DNA of 59,953 nucleotides, taken from sequence record DRR723986_5249; one strand, 5' to 3'. The notes under the pieces were generated by a model. It worked only from the letters and a program-made list of their open reading frames with translations, had not been told where the DNA came from and made no database searches. Made by a program: the position numbers and the translations under genes. Below, one piece after another: positions 47,975 to 59,147 of this stretch. Within the stretch, counting starts at the first letter, position 1; each line of letters starts with the position of its first letter.

Positions 47975-49453
47975 ATGTTCAGCGAATACTCTCAGTTCGA
48001 CGCGATGGAATTGGCGGCTCTGGCGCGCCGTGGAGAGGTGTCGGCACAGGAATTATTGGATGCGGCACTGGCCAGGGCCGCCGCCTGTAACCCGCAGTTA
48101 AATGTGCTGATCCACAGTTTTGCCGATCGCGCCAGACAGCAGATTACTGATGGTCTGCCAGAGGGGCCCTTTCAAGGTGTGCCCTTTGTGCTGAAGGATC
48201 TAATGGCGATGTTCGCCGGTGAACCGATTTGTATGGGGAGTCGCGCGTTGTCCTATACCCCCCGTTACGACAGCGAGCTGGTAAAGCGCTATAAAGCGGC
48301 CGGACTGAATATTTTTGCGAAGTCGAATACGCCGGAATTTGGGCTGATTATCACCACCGAGCCCAAGCGTTTTGGCCCGTCTCATAACCCGCATCGGCAG
48401 GGTTACAGCACGGGGGGCTCCTCAGGGGGGAGTGCAGCAGCTGTGGCGGCGGGCATTGTACCCATTGCCCACGGTGGCGATGGTGGCGGCTCGATTCGCT
48501 TCCCTGCGAGCTGGTGTGGTGTATTTGGTTTAAAACCGTCACGAGGCCGCAACCCAATGGGGCCTGACCTGGGGGAGGATTGGCAGGGGGCGGTGGCAGA
48601 GCATGTGTTGAGTAGAACCGTTCGCGATAGTGCCGCCATGCTCGACTGCACAGCCGGGCCGGAGCTGGGGGCGCCCTACAATATTCGGCCGCCTGAGGGC
48701 AGTTTCCTTGCGGCTGCTGAGCGGGACCCAAAGCCTTTGCGTATTGCCCTGTGCCGAGAGCCGCTGGTGCCGACCGATGTTGACCCCGAGGTACTGACCG
48801 GGCTGGAACAAACCGCTGAGCAACTGGCGGCGCTGGGACACCGGGTGGAGGAAGCTGAGCTGTCGGTCGATCGAGACCAAATGTGGCGAGACTTTCTGGT
48901 TATTGTCGGGGCAGAGGTAGCCGGTTTGCTGCGCCGTATTCAACGAGATTACCCCGGCAGTGATATCCGCCGCTGTGAACCCTCAACCAAAAATCTGGCA
49001 ATGATGGGGCGCTCCTTTTCCGCGGCAGACCTCGTGGAGGCGCGTTACGGCTGGCACAAAGTGCAACGTGCCGCGGGTGAGTTGATGGCCGATTACGATG
49101 TCATACTTTGCCCGACAACGCCCACCGCTGCTGTGCCACACGGTCAGTTACCGCCGTCACCCTGGGAGGCTGCACAAATGCTGGCGTCTCACCGTATGAA
49201 TATAGGCCGAGCGTTAATGCGTAGCGGAATGGTGGAAAAAATGGCCTTGCCGGTGCTCGGGAAAATGGCCTACACCCTGCTTGGCAATATTACGGGCCTG
49301 CCTTGCATGTCGGTGCCGCTGCATAAAACCGGCACCGGGCTGCCTTTTGGTATGCAATTTATCGCCGGTATGTGTGAAGAAGAGTTGTTGTTTAGCTTGG
49401 CAGGGCAGCTAGAGCGAGAAGTGGGCTTTACCGACCTCCCGCTGCTGGCCTAG
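47975..49453 (+). CDS. Amidase-signature family amidase
   Basis: [41 protein letters not shown]. Start ATG 47975. Confidence 0.92.
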   Translation: MFSEYSQFDAMELAALARRGEVSAQELLDAALARAAACNPQLNVLIHSFADRARQQITDGLPEGPFQGVPFVLKDLMAMFAGEPICMGSRALSYTPRYDSELVKRYKAAGLNIFAKSNTPEFGLIITTEPKRFGPSHNPHRQGYSTGGSSGGSAAAVAAGIVPIAHGGDGGGSIRFPASWCGVFGLKPSRGRNPMGPDLGEDWQGAVAEHVLSRTVRDSAAMLDCTAGPELGAPYNIRPPEGSFLAAAERDPKPLRIALCREPLVPTDVDPEVLTGLEQTAEQLAALGHRVEEAELSVDRDQMWRDFLVIVGAEVAGLLRRIQRDYPGSDIRRCEPSTKNLAMMGRSFSAADLVEARYGWHKVQRAAGELMADYDVILCPTTPTAAVPHGQLPPSPWEAAQMLASHRMNIGRALMRSGMVEKMALPVLGKMAYTLLGNITGLPCMSVPLHKTGTGLPFGMQFIAGMCEEELLFSLAGQLEREVGFTDLPLLA

Positions 49454-49462
49454 CGCGCGGCG

Positions 49463-50905
49463 TTATTCCGGGTGCTCGTCTATCTCGCGGTGTTGGGCGT
49501 CTTCAGGCAATGACGCCGCATCGGGAGCGAGGTGGTCACCCGCTTTGGGTTTGGCGGGCTTCTCCTCCAGCAGGCGGCCAGCGTCCTTGGCGGCTTCTTT
49601 CACCGCCTCGCGGGCAGCATCGCTAACCGTTTTCGGGTCATCGCTGCGCTCGGCGGCAGACTTCGCCGCTTCACGTGCGGCTTCTTTCATATTTTCGGCA
49701 ACCGGTTCCAGCGCTTCGGCTACCACGGAGTCGGCGACCTTTTCCGCCGTGACGCGCTTCTCGTCGGCAGCGATGCCCACATGGTAGGCGGCAAAGCCCG
49801 GCATGACCATTTGATTGAGCGCCATACCGATGATCTGGCCGTCCACGCTGCTGCGGATCACGCTGGACCGGTTGGTGATCGGGTCGGTAACGGTGCCAAG
49901 GATATCGCCCTTTTTCACGTTTTCGCCCAACTTGCTCTCCGACAGAAAAACGCCGCTTTGCTCGGCGCGTAGCCAGAGTGATTTATAAAAGACTTTCTGT
50001 TTGGGAGCGCGAACGGGTTTGTCGTCGATCATCTTCATGTAGTGCATAACGGCTTTAATACCGTTGACGCTCTGCTTCACCTCTTTGAGCTGCATTCGCA
50101 AGGGTTCACCGGCTTCAAGCGTAACGGCTGGAATGCCGGCGTCGACCGCGGCGCGGCGAAGGGTGCCCTTGGCACCGGCGCCATCTAACACCGTGACATC
50201 GTGAAACATTTTGCTAAATTGCTGCACGCTCTCTTTGCCCAGGTCACTGCGCAGCTGAGTGAGGTTGGTGCGATGGAAGGAACCGGTATGAATATCGATA
50301 AGGCGGTCGCAGTGGGAAATCACCTCATTGAAAAAGCTGTGAGCAATGCGGCCAGCGGAGCTGCCCTGTGCATCGCCGGGGAAATAGCGGTTGAGATCGC
50401 GGCGATCAGGCAGGTAGCGAGAGGTTCGCAGAAAGCCGTGCATGTTGACGATCGGCACGCCAATGACGGTGCCATTTAGCTTGTCGCTTTCCAGGCTGAA
50501 CATCACGCGGCGAATAGTTTCCACGCCGTTGAGTTCATCGCCGTGCACCGCCGCCGTAAGGCACAGTGTGGGCCCGGGGTTCACGCCAGCGGCAACCAAA
50601 ACCGGGGTGGGCATGGCGAGCCCGGCTACGGCTTGCCCCGCGGTCCAATAGAGGCGTTGAAAACTGCCGCGCAGAATATCGTGGCCGAGTATGTTTAAGG
50701 CGATATTGGGGTCGGCTTCGGGCACTTCAGCGCGCGCGATGATAGCCGCGGAGCGTTTTTGTCGTGGCGTTTGCAGGCCGTTGCTGGGCTTGGCGGCGGC
50801 TTCTTCCAATGACTTGCTCTGTTGCTCGTTAGCCAAGGCACTGCTAGTCACAGTAGGCAGTGCAAGCAGTGCTATGAGGCTTATCGTCAATGGCAGTGCA
50901 CGCAT
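49463..50905 (-). CDS. Secreted succinylglutamate desuccinylase/aspartoacylase (M14-like) family protein
   Basis: Signal peptide, HGDELNG, RDLNR.FPG, IDIHTG, EAG, and an Ala/Glu/Lys-rich tail. Confidence 0.85.
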   Translation of the reverse strand: MRALPLTISLIALLALPTVTSSALANEQQSKSLEEAAAKPSNGLQTPRQKRSAAIIARAEVPEADPNIALNILGHDILRGSFQRLYWTAGQAVAGLAMPTPVLVAAGVNPGPTLCLTAAVHGDELNGVETIRRVMFSLESDKLNGTVIGVPIVNMHGFLRTSRYLPDRRDLNRYFPGDAQGSSAGRIAHSFFNEVISHCDRLIDIHTGSFHRTNLTQLRSDLGKESVQQFSKMFHDVTVLDGAGAKGTLRRAAVDAGIPAVTLEAGEPLRMQLKEVKQSVNGIKAVMHYMKMIDDKPVRAPKQKVFYKSLWLRAEQSGVFLSESKLGENVKKGDILGTVTDPITNRSSVIRSSVDGQIIGMALNQMVMPGFAAYHVGIAADEKRVTAEKVADSVVAEALEPVAENMKEAAREAAKSAAERSDDPKTVSDAAREAVKEAAKDAGRLLEEKPAKPKAGDHLAPDAASLPEDAQHREIDEHPE

Positions 50906-51125
50906 AATTGAACAGCTCCGACGGTCGATTCGAGGTTAAAAAGGCTACTTAGCCGTGCCCGGCGGCGCAGGTCAAGTGCACGACAGGCTTATGTGCATGT
51001 TTGATGTCGATACGCCGACAAGTTCCGCAGAGCGCGCGGCGAGTGTTAAATTGGGGGCGCGGTAATGGTCCACAAAGTCTATAATTGGGCCATTCTCATC
51101 AGTGCAGTGGCAGAAGGAGCACGGA

Positions 51126-52673
51126 GTGGCACAAGACAGGCTGGTAATTTTTGATACAACCTTGCGAGACGGCGAGCAAAGTCCCGGTGCGTCAATGACG
51201 CGAGAGGAGAAGGTTCGCATTGCCAAGATGCTGGAGCGCATGGGTGTGGATGTTATCGAGGCGGGTTTTGCAATTGCCAGTGTCGGAGATTTTGAGTCGG
51301 TAAAAGCCGTTGCAGAGGCCGTGAGTGAGAGTACGGTATGTAGCTTATCACGGGCGGGCGCGCAGGATATTGATCGCGCTGCCGAGGCATTGAAGCCGGC
51401 CAAGCAGGGTCGTATCCACACGTTCATAGCAACCTCGCCTATCCACATGCAGTATAAGTTGCGGATGCAGCCAGATGACGTGGTCGAGCGCGCTGTATCG
51501 GCGGTTAAGCACGCACGCAATCTCGTTGGCGATGTGGAGTTTTCCTGCGAGGATGCGTCTCGCTCCGAGTTTGATTTTTTATGCCGAATTATCGAGCAGG
51601 TCATTGACGCCGGAGCGTCAACGATCAACCTGCCGGATACTGTGGGTTATGGTGAGCCCGGTGAATATGGCGAGCTGATTCGGCGCTTAATAACCACCAT
51701 TCCCAACGCCGACAAAGCCATATTTTCTGTGCACTGCCACAACGACTTGGGCCTGGCAGTGGCCAACTCATTATCGGCAGTGATGAATGGTGCTCGCCAG
51801 GTGGAGTGCACCATCAACGGCTTGGGTGAGCGCGCGGGTAACGCCTCTCTTGAAGAAATCGTTATGGCTGTTCGCACCCGGCGCGATGTGTTCCCGGTTG
51901 ATGTGGGAATAGACACTACGCAAATTGTGCCGACATCGCGGTTAGTCTCGTCGATTACGGGCTTTCCTGTGCAGCCTAATAAGGCGATTGTCGGTGCCAA
52001 TGCGTTTGCCCACGAGTCGGGTATTCACCAAGATGGCGTGCTGAAGCATCGCGAAACCTATGAAATTATGCGCGCTCAGGATGTGGGTTGGCACACCAAC
52101 AAGCTGGTCCTGGGTAAGCATTCGGGCCGCGCTGCCTTCAAAGCGCGGCTTGAAGCGCTGGGCATAGAAGTCGCTCATCAAGGTGCGCTCGATCTCGCCT
52201 TCACCCGTTTTAAAGAACTGGCGGACAAGAAGCACGAGATCTTCGACGAGGACCTGCAGGCGTTAATGAGCGACGTGCAGCCTGGTGATAAACCGCAGCG
52301 CTACCAGCTGCAAACCCTGGAGGCGGTGTCGCGCAGTGGCTTTAAGCCTCGCTCCGATATTTTATTGAGCATCGATGGTGAATCTCACAGTGTCAGCGCG
52401 GAGGGTGACGGCCCTGTCGACGCGGCGTTTAAAGCGCTTGAGTCGGCGGTAAACTCCGGCGCAAAACTGGAACTTTACTCAGTTAATGCAATTACTCAGG
52501 GCACCGACTCGCAAGGCGAGGTGCAGGTGCGTCTCGCCAAGAATGGCCGTATCGTCAATGGCAATGGTGCGGATACCGATATCATTGTCGCTTCGGTCAA
52601 AGCGTATCTGGACGCATTGAATCTGCTGGAGCTGGACAGCGCCCGTGCTCATCCCCAGCGCGAGGGCGTGTAG
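51126..52673 (+). CDS. leuA: 2-isopropylmalate synthase
   Basis: [40 protein letters not shown], regulatory domain GDGPVDA. GTG start after AAGGAG. Confidence 0.96.
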   Translation: MAQDRLVIFDTTLRDGEQSPGASMTREEKVRIAKMLERMGVDVIEAGFAIASVGDFESVKAVAEAVSESTVCSLSRAGAQDIDRAAEALKPAKQGRIHTFIATSPIHMQYKLRMQPDDVVERAVSAVKHARNLVGDVEFSCEDASRSEFDFLCRIIEQVIDAGASTINLPDTVGYGEPGEYGELIRRLITTIPNADKAIFSVHCHNDLGLAVANSLSAVMNGARQVECTINGLGERAGNASLEEIVMAVRTRRDVFPVDVGIDTTQIVPTSRLVSSITGFPVQPNKAIVGANAFAHESGIHQDGVLKHRETYEIMRAQDVGWHTNKLVLGKHSGRAAFKARLEALGIEVAHQGALDLAFTRFKELADKKHEIFDEDLQALMSDVQPGDKPQRYQLQTLEAVSRSGFKPRSDILLSIDGESHSVSAEGDGPVDAAFKALESAVNSGAKLELYSVNAITQGTDSQGEVQVRLAKNGRIVNGNGADTDIIVASVKAYLDALNLLELDSARAHPQREGV

Positions 52674-53422
52674 TGAGCGCTGAGCTTCAGCATGCTTACT
52701 TAAAGGCCATGGGGCTACCGCTCTATGTGCCGCGCTTTTGCCTGCCGGGCGCCAAGCCCAGTGTTCGTGCTGAATACGCGCAGGCGCCTGAGCCGCCGCG
52801 CGATGCCGTAGCTGAATCCAAGCAGCCACTTGAAACCGGGGCACCGAATATCGATACGGCGTCTGCGCGCCGTGCGCTGGGAGAGCTGACTGCAAGTAAA
52901 GATTCGCCGGCAGAGAAGCCGGTTGAGAAGCGCTCTGCCACGGCGGCGACTGCCGAGACTGAGCGCAGCACCGCGCTGCGTTTTACTGCTAGCCTGGTCG
53001 ACAGTGGCATCGGTATACGGTTCTTGGCTGACTGCAGCAATTCGGACCTATCACCGGCCAGTAAACGGCTTGTCGCCAATATTGCCCGAGCGATGGCGCG
53101 GCACTGGCAGCGTGAGCAGCAACTGTCGCTATCGGCCACCGTGTTTGATTGGCCTATTGTGAAAGTGCCGGGCTTGCTATCGAGCGAAGAAGAAGCGCGC
53201 GAGGCGCTGAGTGCCTACCTTATTGCGCAGCGTGGCAGCACTGTCACCGCGAATGTGGTTATTGTGTTTGGGGATTCATTGCGCCCCTATGTCGATGGCG
53301 ACTATCTGGCCGCGCATTCTGCGAAACTGATTCAGGCGCCCAGTGTCGAGGTTTTACAGACGCGCCTCGGCGCGAAAGCCGAGTTATGGGCGGCATTACG
53401 GGCTGTTCAGGCAAGTGTCTAA
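52673..53422 (+). CDS. Conserved hypothetical protein upstream of rimI
   Basis: QHAYLKAMG...PR..LPGA N-terminus and KAELW C-terminus. Overlaps the leuA stop and the rimI start. Confidence 0.7.
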   Translation: MSAELQHAYLKAMGLPLYVPRFCLPGAKPSVRAEYAQAPEPPRDAVAESKQPLETGAPNIDTASARRALGELTASKDSPAEKPVEKRSATAATAETERSTALRFTASLVDSGIGIRFLADCSNSDLSPASKRLVANIARAMARHWQREQQLSLSATVFDWPIVKVPGLLSSEEEAREALSAYLIAQRGSTVTANVVIVFGDSLRPYVDGDYLAAHSAKLIQAPSVEVLQTRLGAKAELWAALRAVQASV

Positions 53423-53876
53423 GACGCTCGACTTCGTTGAACTACGCAGTGTCGATTTGCCGGCCTGCCTAATGCTTAGTCGCCACAGTGACCCCTATCC
53501 CTGGCGAGATGAAAATTGGCGGCGCAGCCTGCGAGACGATTACTGCTTCGCGCTGCGCGAGGGTAGCGGGTTGATCGCGATTGCGGCGTTTTCCCTGGTT
53601 TTAGACGAACTCAGTCTGCTCAATATTATCGTTAGCGATAAACAGCGCGGTCGCGGTCTTGGACGACAGCTCCTCTGTGACGGGTTGGAGTGGATGCAGC
53701 AAATAGGCGCCCAACGCTGCTATTTGGAGGTGCGTGAATCCAACGTTCCGGCGCGTGCCTTGTATCGGGCTTTGGGTTTTACCGAAGACGGTATCCGAAA
53801 AAACTATTACCCCTCGGCCAACGGTCGCGAAGATGCCATCCTCATGTCGACGCCGTTGCCCTTGTATACAGGATAA
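53415..53876 (+). CDS. rimI: Ribosomal-protein alanine N-acetyltransferase RimI
   Basis: DE..LLNI, QRGRGLG, LEVRESN, LY...GF...G.RKNYYP, REDAILM. Confidence 0.92.
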   Translation: MSKTLDFVELRSVDLPACLMLSRHSDPYPWRDENWRRSLRDDYCFALREGSGLIAIAAFSLVLDELSLLNIIVSDKQRGRGLGRQLLCDGLEWMQQIGAQRCYLEVRESNVPARALYRALGFTEDGIRKNYYPSANGREDAILMSTPLPLYTG

Positions 53877-53881
53877 TTCCC

Positions 53882-54280
53882 ATGCGTGAAGTCGAAAGTG
53901 ATTTTTGGTTTATTGCGTTGCCTGAGCAGTGGCACAGCGAACGTGACGACGACAGTATTCTAATCTTCGATGAAGACGAGCTGGGTTGTATCTGCCTCAG
54001 CAACCTGCAATCCGATGACGGCAGGGTCGACCCACAGGGGCTTGAGCGACTGATCGCTGAAATGGGGCACTCGCTGAGTGATGGCGAGCGAGTCGAGGTT
54101 GGTGAAGCATGGCGTGGTTGGGAGTTTGTTGGCGAAGACCAAGGCGACTTTATACGTGAATGGTATCTGATGGCGGAGGATCATTTGCTGCTTGTCACCT
54201 ATACCTGCGCCATGGAGGATCGAGACATGGATCGCGGCGCCGTAGACGAGATTCTGGACAGTCTTCGTTTGAAAGCATAA
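53882..54280 (+). CDS. Hypothetical acidic protein
   Basis: 132-aa ORF immediately after rimI, with LPEQW, REWY, LVTYTC. Function not recognised. Confidence 0.7.
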   Translation: MREVESDFWFIALPEQWHSERDDDSILIFDEDELGCICLSNLQSDDGRVDPQGLERLIAEMGHSLSDGERVEVGEAWRGWEFVGEDQGDFIREWYLMAEDHLLLVTYTCAMEDRDMDRGAVDEILDSLRLKA

Positions 54281-54416
54281 CTATACCAATGGTTTAAAAT
54301 CACTTTGCGAAGTTGTTGTAACCTAGCGTTTGTGTTAAGAAAGGCGACAGCGCGCACAGTTGCGGCCCCTGAGCTGTGCTAATGTCTGGCTAAATAAAAA
54401 CGTTAGGGCAAAGTCT

Positions 54417-55325
54417 ATGAGAAGTTTGAGTTCTCTCATCACCGCCATACTTATTATATTCAGCGGTAGTGTTTTTGCTGGGAACACGCAGGAACGATTA
54501 AAGCTGGCATCCGTTAGCGCATTGGCAATGGATGCGGAAAGCGGCGAGCTCTTGTTCCAAAAGCACGCTAATCTTCGCATGCCGATCGCATCGCTGACCA
54601 AGGTGATGACGGCGATGGTCATCCTTGATAGTGCCCAGCCCCTAAATGAAAAAATTCGCTTCAGCGACGTAGATCGCCGGGCGATCAATTACTACTTTTC
54701 CCGTATTCGGGTTGGCTCAGAGCTTCCCAGAGGTGAACTGCTGAGGCTTGCCTTAATGTCCTCCGAAAACCTTGCTGCAGCGGCGTTGGCGAATAATTAT
54801 CCGGGCGGGGAGCGGCAATTCGTAGCGGCGATGAACGCTAAGGCCGCCGAATTGGGGATGAAGAACACACGGTTCGTCGACAGTAGCGGCCTGTCACCTA
54901 AAAATACCTCGACGGCGCTTGATCTCGCAAAAATGGTGGCTGCAGCTGCCGAGTATCCGGAAATCAAAGAATATTCCACAACGCCCGTTCACACGGCAAA
55001 TTTTAGCCGTCCGCAATACCGCCTGGCTTACGTCAACACGAATCCTTTGCTGCGCTATGAGCGCTGGCAGGCCGAAGTCAGTAAGACCGGTTACTTAGAT
55101 TTGGCGGGACGCTGTCTGGTAATGAAAACCGAAGTGGATGATCGCTCGGTCGTCATGGTAATGCTGGATTCATTCGGTAAGAGTAGCCCGGTGGGGGATG
55201 CAGGCCGGATCAAGCGCTGGATTGAAAGTGGTGAGGGTGGCCGCGTGGCATCGTCAGCGCTGAGCTATCAGCGCAATAAACTGGCGGGCTATATGGCTAA
55301 GCAAGCAACGGCGAGTCTGCGTTAG
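54417..55325 (+). CDS. pbpG: D-alanyl-D-alanine endopeptidase (PBP7)
   Basis: Signal peptide, SxxK (IASLTKVM), SxN (LMSSEN), KTG (SKTGY..AGRCL), NTN. Confidence 0.9.
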   Translation: MRSLSSLITAILIIFSGSVFAGNTQERLKLASVSALAMDAESGELLFQKHANLRMPIASLTKVMTAMVILDSAQPLNEKIRFSDVDRRAINYYFSRIRVGSELPRGELLRLALMSSENLAAAALANNYPGGERQFVAAMNAKAAELGMKNTRFVDSSGLSPKNTSTALDLAKMVAAAAEYPEIKEYSTTPVHTANFSRPQYRLAYVNTNPLLRYERWQAEVSKTGYLDLAGRCLVMKTEVDDRSVVMVMLDSFGKSSPVGDAGRIKRWIESGEGGRVASSALSYQRNKLAGYMAKQATASLR

Positions 55326-55353
55326 GGCTGGCGCTTCGGTGATTTCTCGGTAA

Positions 55354-55764
55354 TTAGGACGGCTCAAGCTGCATAGTCAGCCCGTCCAACCAATCTTTTT
55401 GTAGCGGTTTGCTGATGTAGCCTTCAATCAGCGGGTGCGCTTCTGCACGCTCACGGTCTTTCGGGTCGGTCGACGTTGACAGCATGTAAATATCCGCTGT
55501 TCGCTGCTCCTTGGTCAGACAGCGGCTGTAGTGATTGAGAAATTCCCAGCCGTCGACCGAGGGGATGTTGATATCCAGGAAGATGATGTCCGGCATGGGG
55601 TGCTCGCCATCCAAGGCGGCAATCAGGTAGTCGAGGGCGCTTAATGCCGAGGTGCAAGCGGTGATCTGCGTCGCTATACCGGCCTGCTCCAGTAATAACT
55701 GGTGGTAGTAATTGTCGGCGTCGCTGTCATCGACCAACAGTATGGAATTCACACTCGGACTCAT
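55354..55764 (-). CDS. Single-domain response regulator
   Basis: ILLVDD, PDIIFLDIN.P..DGWEFL, MLSTS, YISKPL. Overlaps the kinase stop by one base (TAATG). Confidence 0.9.
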   Translation of the reverse strand: MSPSVNSILLVDDSDADNYYHQLLLEQAGIATQITACTSALSALDYLIAALDGEHPMPDIIFLDINIPSVDGWEFLNHYSRCLTKEQRTADIYMLSTSTDPKDRERAEAHPLIEGYISKPLQKDWLDGLTMQLEPS

Positions 55765-57545
55765 TATTTTTCGCCCTTCGGTACGGTGAAATAGAAACAG
55801 CTACCTTTTCCGACCTCGCTTTCCACCCAAATTTCGCCACCCATCAGTTTTGAAAGTTTTTTGCAGCTGGCCAAGCCTATGCCGCTGCCGGGGATATCTT
55901 CGTGTCGGTGTAGTCGTTTGAATACATCAAAGATAGCATTCTGATGCGCGCTGTCTATACCAATACCGTTATCGCAAACACTGAATAACCATGTACTCTC
56001 TTTTTCGGTGCACTCGATCTCTACTTGTGCGGCCCTGTCGTTTGCGCGGAATTTTATCGCATTGGTAATCAGGTTTTGTAAAAGCTGGCGGATCTCATTG
56101 CGCCCAACCTGAATGGTCGGCATTGCTCCAACGCGAATATCTACTTGACCGTCCGCTAGTTGCCGGCCGAGATCATCGCGCAATTCGGCGAGCAATTCAG
56201 TGCAATCTACCGTTTCGGCTTGGTAGCTGAAGTCTATGCGGCTGTAGTTGAGTAGGGCGGTGAGAAGCTCTTCCATGCGCGTAGCAGCTGCCTGTATAAA
56301 GCCGATGGCCTTGCCGCGCTGCTCGTCCGTCATACTGCCATCATCATTTTTGAGCAGCTCGCTGTAATTTCCCAGGCTTCTCAGCGGCTCACGCAGGTCG
56401 TGTGAGGCAATAAACGCAAAGCGCTCCAACTGATGATTGCTTTGCTCCAGTTTATCAATGGTCTGGGTCAGGGCGGCGGCATTTTTCTCTGAGCTGGCCA
56501 ACATGCGCTGCGCAAAATTAAAACTGCGGCGGTGAGCGCGGCTCAGACTGATAAACAGCAGCAGGAGCATGGCATCAATAACCAGGGCGCAGACCAGGAT
56601 GATCTTGGGCTGCGAATCGTCAGTATTACGCCAGAAACTTGGGCTGCTGGCCGTCGCGACCTGCCATTCACGGCCGTAGATATTCAGCTTGTATTCGGCG
56701 AACAGGTCCTGTGCCTCATGGTTGTCAGGGAACTCATCGTATAGCACGGTATCGCCATCAGAAATACGTAAAAATATGTCCCGTTGTTGCTGTTCCAGTG
56801 TCCCGCGCATCAGTTCAGCGACCACAAAAGGCGCATAGACCATGCCTGCGAAATTGGCGCGGCGCTCCTCTAATGTTTCACTGTGTTGGCGATAAAATGG
56901 CGCGTAGAAAAGAAACCCCGGCGTTTTATTTGCGTCCTGAACCAGTACGATGGGGCCGGTAATTTGTGCCTTGCCGCTGTCTCGGGCGTTAAGTGCGGCG
57001 CGCAATCGGTTAGCCTCATGGGCGACATCGAGGCCAATGGCTGCGGCATTTTTATCTTCCGGCATGATAAAGGTGATGGGCAGCAAAAAGGGTAGTGTGT
57101 GCTGCGGGTGCACCTTATATGCCGGGCGGTCCCGTCGGTGCGTAGCAAGGTAGTCGTCTAACTGCTGCCGAGGCACATAGTCGATAACACCAATGCCATT
57201 AATACCCGGATATTTATCGCTAATGTGTAAGGCCGAGGAGAAGCGCCGCCACGTTGCCAGGTCGACCGCTTGACTATGGGAGTGCTTAGCGGCGACACCT
57301 GCCCAGAGGGCATCTTCGTACTTGTGGAGCCGTTCCTGAATCAGGCCAGCAACCTGGGAGCTGTAGCGTTGGAAGCGGCTTTCACGCTTGTCCTGTGCTT
57401 GGCGCTCAGCGTATTGCCAAACAAAAAAAGTGAGCACGAGCGAAAGTGCCAGCACACTCCAGTGCGCACCGTGTAAGCGACCTGAGCGTTCGATGCTGCG
57501 CCGTTCGTCGGCTAGCTCTTGTTGTTCAGTTGTCGTGCTGGACAT
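55764..57545 (-). CDS. CHASE-domain sensor histidine kinase
   Basis: TM, CHASE domain (YPGINGIG, NAAAIGLD, ITGPIVLVQD), TM, H-box ASHDLREPLR, NLITNAIKF, DNGIGID, GSGIGLA. Confidence 0.9.
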   Translation of the reverse strand: MSSTTTEQQELADERRSIERSGRLHGAHWSVLALSLVLTFFVWQYAERQAQDKRESRFQRYSSQVAGLIQERLHKYEDALWAGVAAKHSHSQAVDLATWRRFSSALHISDKYPGINGIGVIDYVPRQQLDDYLATHRRDRPAYKVHPQHTLPFLLPITFIMPEDKNAAAIGLDVAHEANRLRAALNARDSGKAQITGPIVLVQDANKTPGFLFYAPFYRQHSETLEERRANFAGMVYAPFVVAELMRGTLEQQQRDIFLRISDGDTVLYDEFPDNHEAQDLFAEYKLNIYGREWQVATASSPSFWRNTDDSQPKIILVCALVIDAMLLLLFISLSRAHRRSFNFAQRMLASSEKNAAALTQTIDKLEQSNHQLERFAFIASHDLREPLRSLGNYSELLKNDDGSMTDEQRGKAIGFIQAAATRMEELLTALLNYSRIDFSYQAETVDCTELLAELRDDLGRQLADGQVDIRVGAMPTIQVGRNEIRQLLQNLITNAIKFRANDRAAQVEIECTEKESTWLFSVCDNGIGIDSAHQNAIFDVFKRLHRHEDIPGSGIGLASCKKLSKLMGGEIWVESEVGKGSCFYFTVPKGEK

Positions 57546-57598
57546 AGCAAACGTGTAATTATGTTTAGTTGCTACGCTAACACAAATGGTGTGGCAGG

Positions 57599-57633
57599 CC
57601 TGCCTCGAAAACGTAGGTAGTTTCCGAGGCAGG
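57599..57633. other. Intergenic inverted repeat (hairpin)
   Basis: CCTGCCTCG...CGAGGCAGG with 9-bp arms, between the flavoprotein stop and the kinase start. No U-tract. Confidence 0.45.
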
Positions 57634-57656
57634 GGTTAGTGGTTTTGCCGCTGAAT

Positions 57657-59147
57657 TTAACGAAGAGCGGCTTGCTTGCCGGCCATGCGACCAAAGAACG
57701 TTGCGTCACCCACTGACATGCCACTGGCGTAACCCGCTGCTGTTCGTGGAATACCCGCAGTGGTGCGGCCGGCAGCATAAAGGCCGGGAATGACCTCTTT
57801 GTCGCCGTTCAGCACTTCTCCGGTCGGTAAGCTCTCAAGCCCACCGAGTGTGAAGAATGGATAGAAGGGGCCGCGCCCCAGAGTGCAGTCCAGGGCAACG
57901 TAAGGCGCTTGAATTGGCCGCAGCCAGGCCGCTGATTTATGGAATAGGGGGTCTTCTCCGCGCTCTGCATTTTGGTTGTAGGTATCCAGGCTGTGCTGCA
58001 AGCTGCCCTCGGGCAATTCCAGTTCCTGTTCAAGCTCGGCAATGCTTTCACCGGTGCCGGCAACTTGGGCACCGAGGTAGCTCATCTTTTCGTAGTCGCC
58101 GTAGCCGTCAACGTCGGTGATCAGGTAGATACGCTTTGAATTTTGCTGCTGAAGCAAAGCGTTATAGCCAACGCGGCCGTGATAGCAGTCTTCGTTGATA
58201 AAGCGCTGGCCCTTATCGTTGACCAAAATGCCGTAAGTCAGTGACGACGGTGGGTAGTATGGGAGGCTGACAAAGCACTCGTGCATATTGGTGACCGCTG
58301 CACCTGCACCCATGCCCATACGGATGCCGCTGCCGGTGTCACCGGGATTGCCGATTGGTGTCAGGCCGCAGTCAAACTGGGGAGCATATTGGCGCAGCAT
58401 GTCTTCGTTCATGCAGAACCCGCCGGCACAGAGGATTACGCCTTTAGTCGCTCGCACGTACTGCTCTTTCTGGTTGATGCGCACCACGATGCCAACGACT
58501 TCGCCTTCATCGCTTTGAATCAAGGTCAATGCCCGGGCTTCGTAATGAACGTTAATCGCCGGGCGCTGTTCCACCGCGTCAGTAAGAATTTTCATCAGCA
58601 GCGGGCCGCCGTTGTCGCCCTCTACTTCAAGGTTGTGTCCGCGGGGCACGGGTTTTGCCTGCTCGTAGAAGGGGTAGGCTTTTTCATTGCCGGTAAACAG
58701 CAGGCAGTCATCGGTCAGGGCCATAATGGCGCGCTCTTTTAGCTCGCTCATTTTGAAGGGAACGCCCATGCCGGTAAGCCATTCATAGTGCTTGATGCTG
58801 TTTTCACAGTAGTGCTGTAATTTCGCGTCATCGGCCTGATTGCCAAAGCATGCGCGCAGATAGCTCAGCATATTGTCAGTGTCGTCTTCGTAGCCACAGG
58901 CTTTCTGAACCGGCGTACCGCCATTGCCACCCATGTAAATCTCAGCGCTTGAGAGTGCCGTGGAGCCACCGCTGGCACTGGCTAACTCAAACAGGGCGAC
59001 CGAGGCGCCTGCATCGGCTGCTTCAATCGCCGCGCAAGCACCTGCGCCGCCGAAGCCGACAATGGCTACATCTGTTTCAATATCCCAGTTGCTCACATCG
59101 CTGGCGCGGAGGGGTTTGCTGGGGCTGCTTTTATCTTTATCGCTCAT
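57657..59147 (-). CDS. FAD-dependent oxidoreductase, 3-ketosteroid dehydrogenase (Delta4-5alpha)-like
   Basis: DVAIVGFGGAG, GGSTALS, GQRFINEDCY, FTLGGL, IPGLYAAG, GYASGMS.GD..FFGR.AG. Confidence 0.8.
   Translation of the reverse strand: MSDKDKSSPSKPLRASDVSNWDIETDVAIVGFGGAGACAAIEAADAGASVALFELASASGGSTALSSAEIYMGGNGGTPVQKACGYEDDTDNMLSYLRACFGNQADDAKLQHYCENSIKHYEWLTGMGVPFKMSELKERAIMALTDDCLLFTGNEKAYPFYEQAKPVPRGHNLEVEGDNGGPLLMKILTDAVEQRPAINVHYEARALTLIQSDEGEVVGIVVRINQKEQYVRATKGVILCAGGFCMNEDMLRQYAPQFDCGLTPIGNPGDTGSGIRMGMGAGAAVTNMHECFVSLPYYPPSSLTYGILVNDKGQRFINEDCYHGRVGYNALLQQQNSKRIYLITDVDGYGDYEKMSYLGAQVAGTGESIAELEQELELPEGSLQHSLDTYNQNAERGEDPLFHKSAAWLRPIQAPYVALDCTLGRGPFYPFFTLGGLESLPTGEVLNGDKEVIPGLYAAGRTTAGIPRTAAGYASGMSVGDATFFGRMAGKQAALR

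Noticed and set aside
50906-51125. Leucine attenuator upstream of leuA
   Set aside because: No Leu-rich leader peptide or terminator hairpin with a U-tract is visible.
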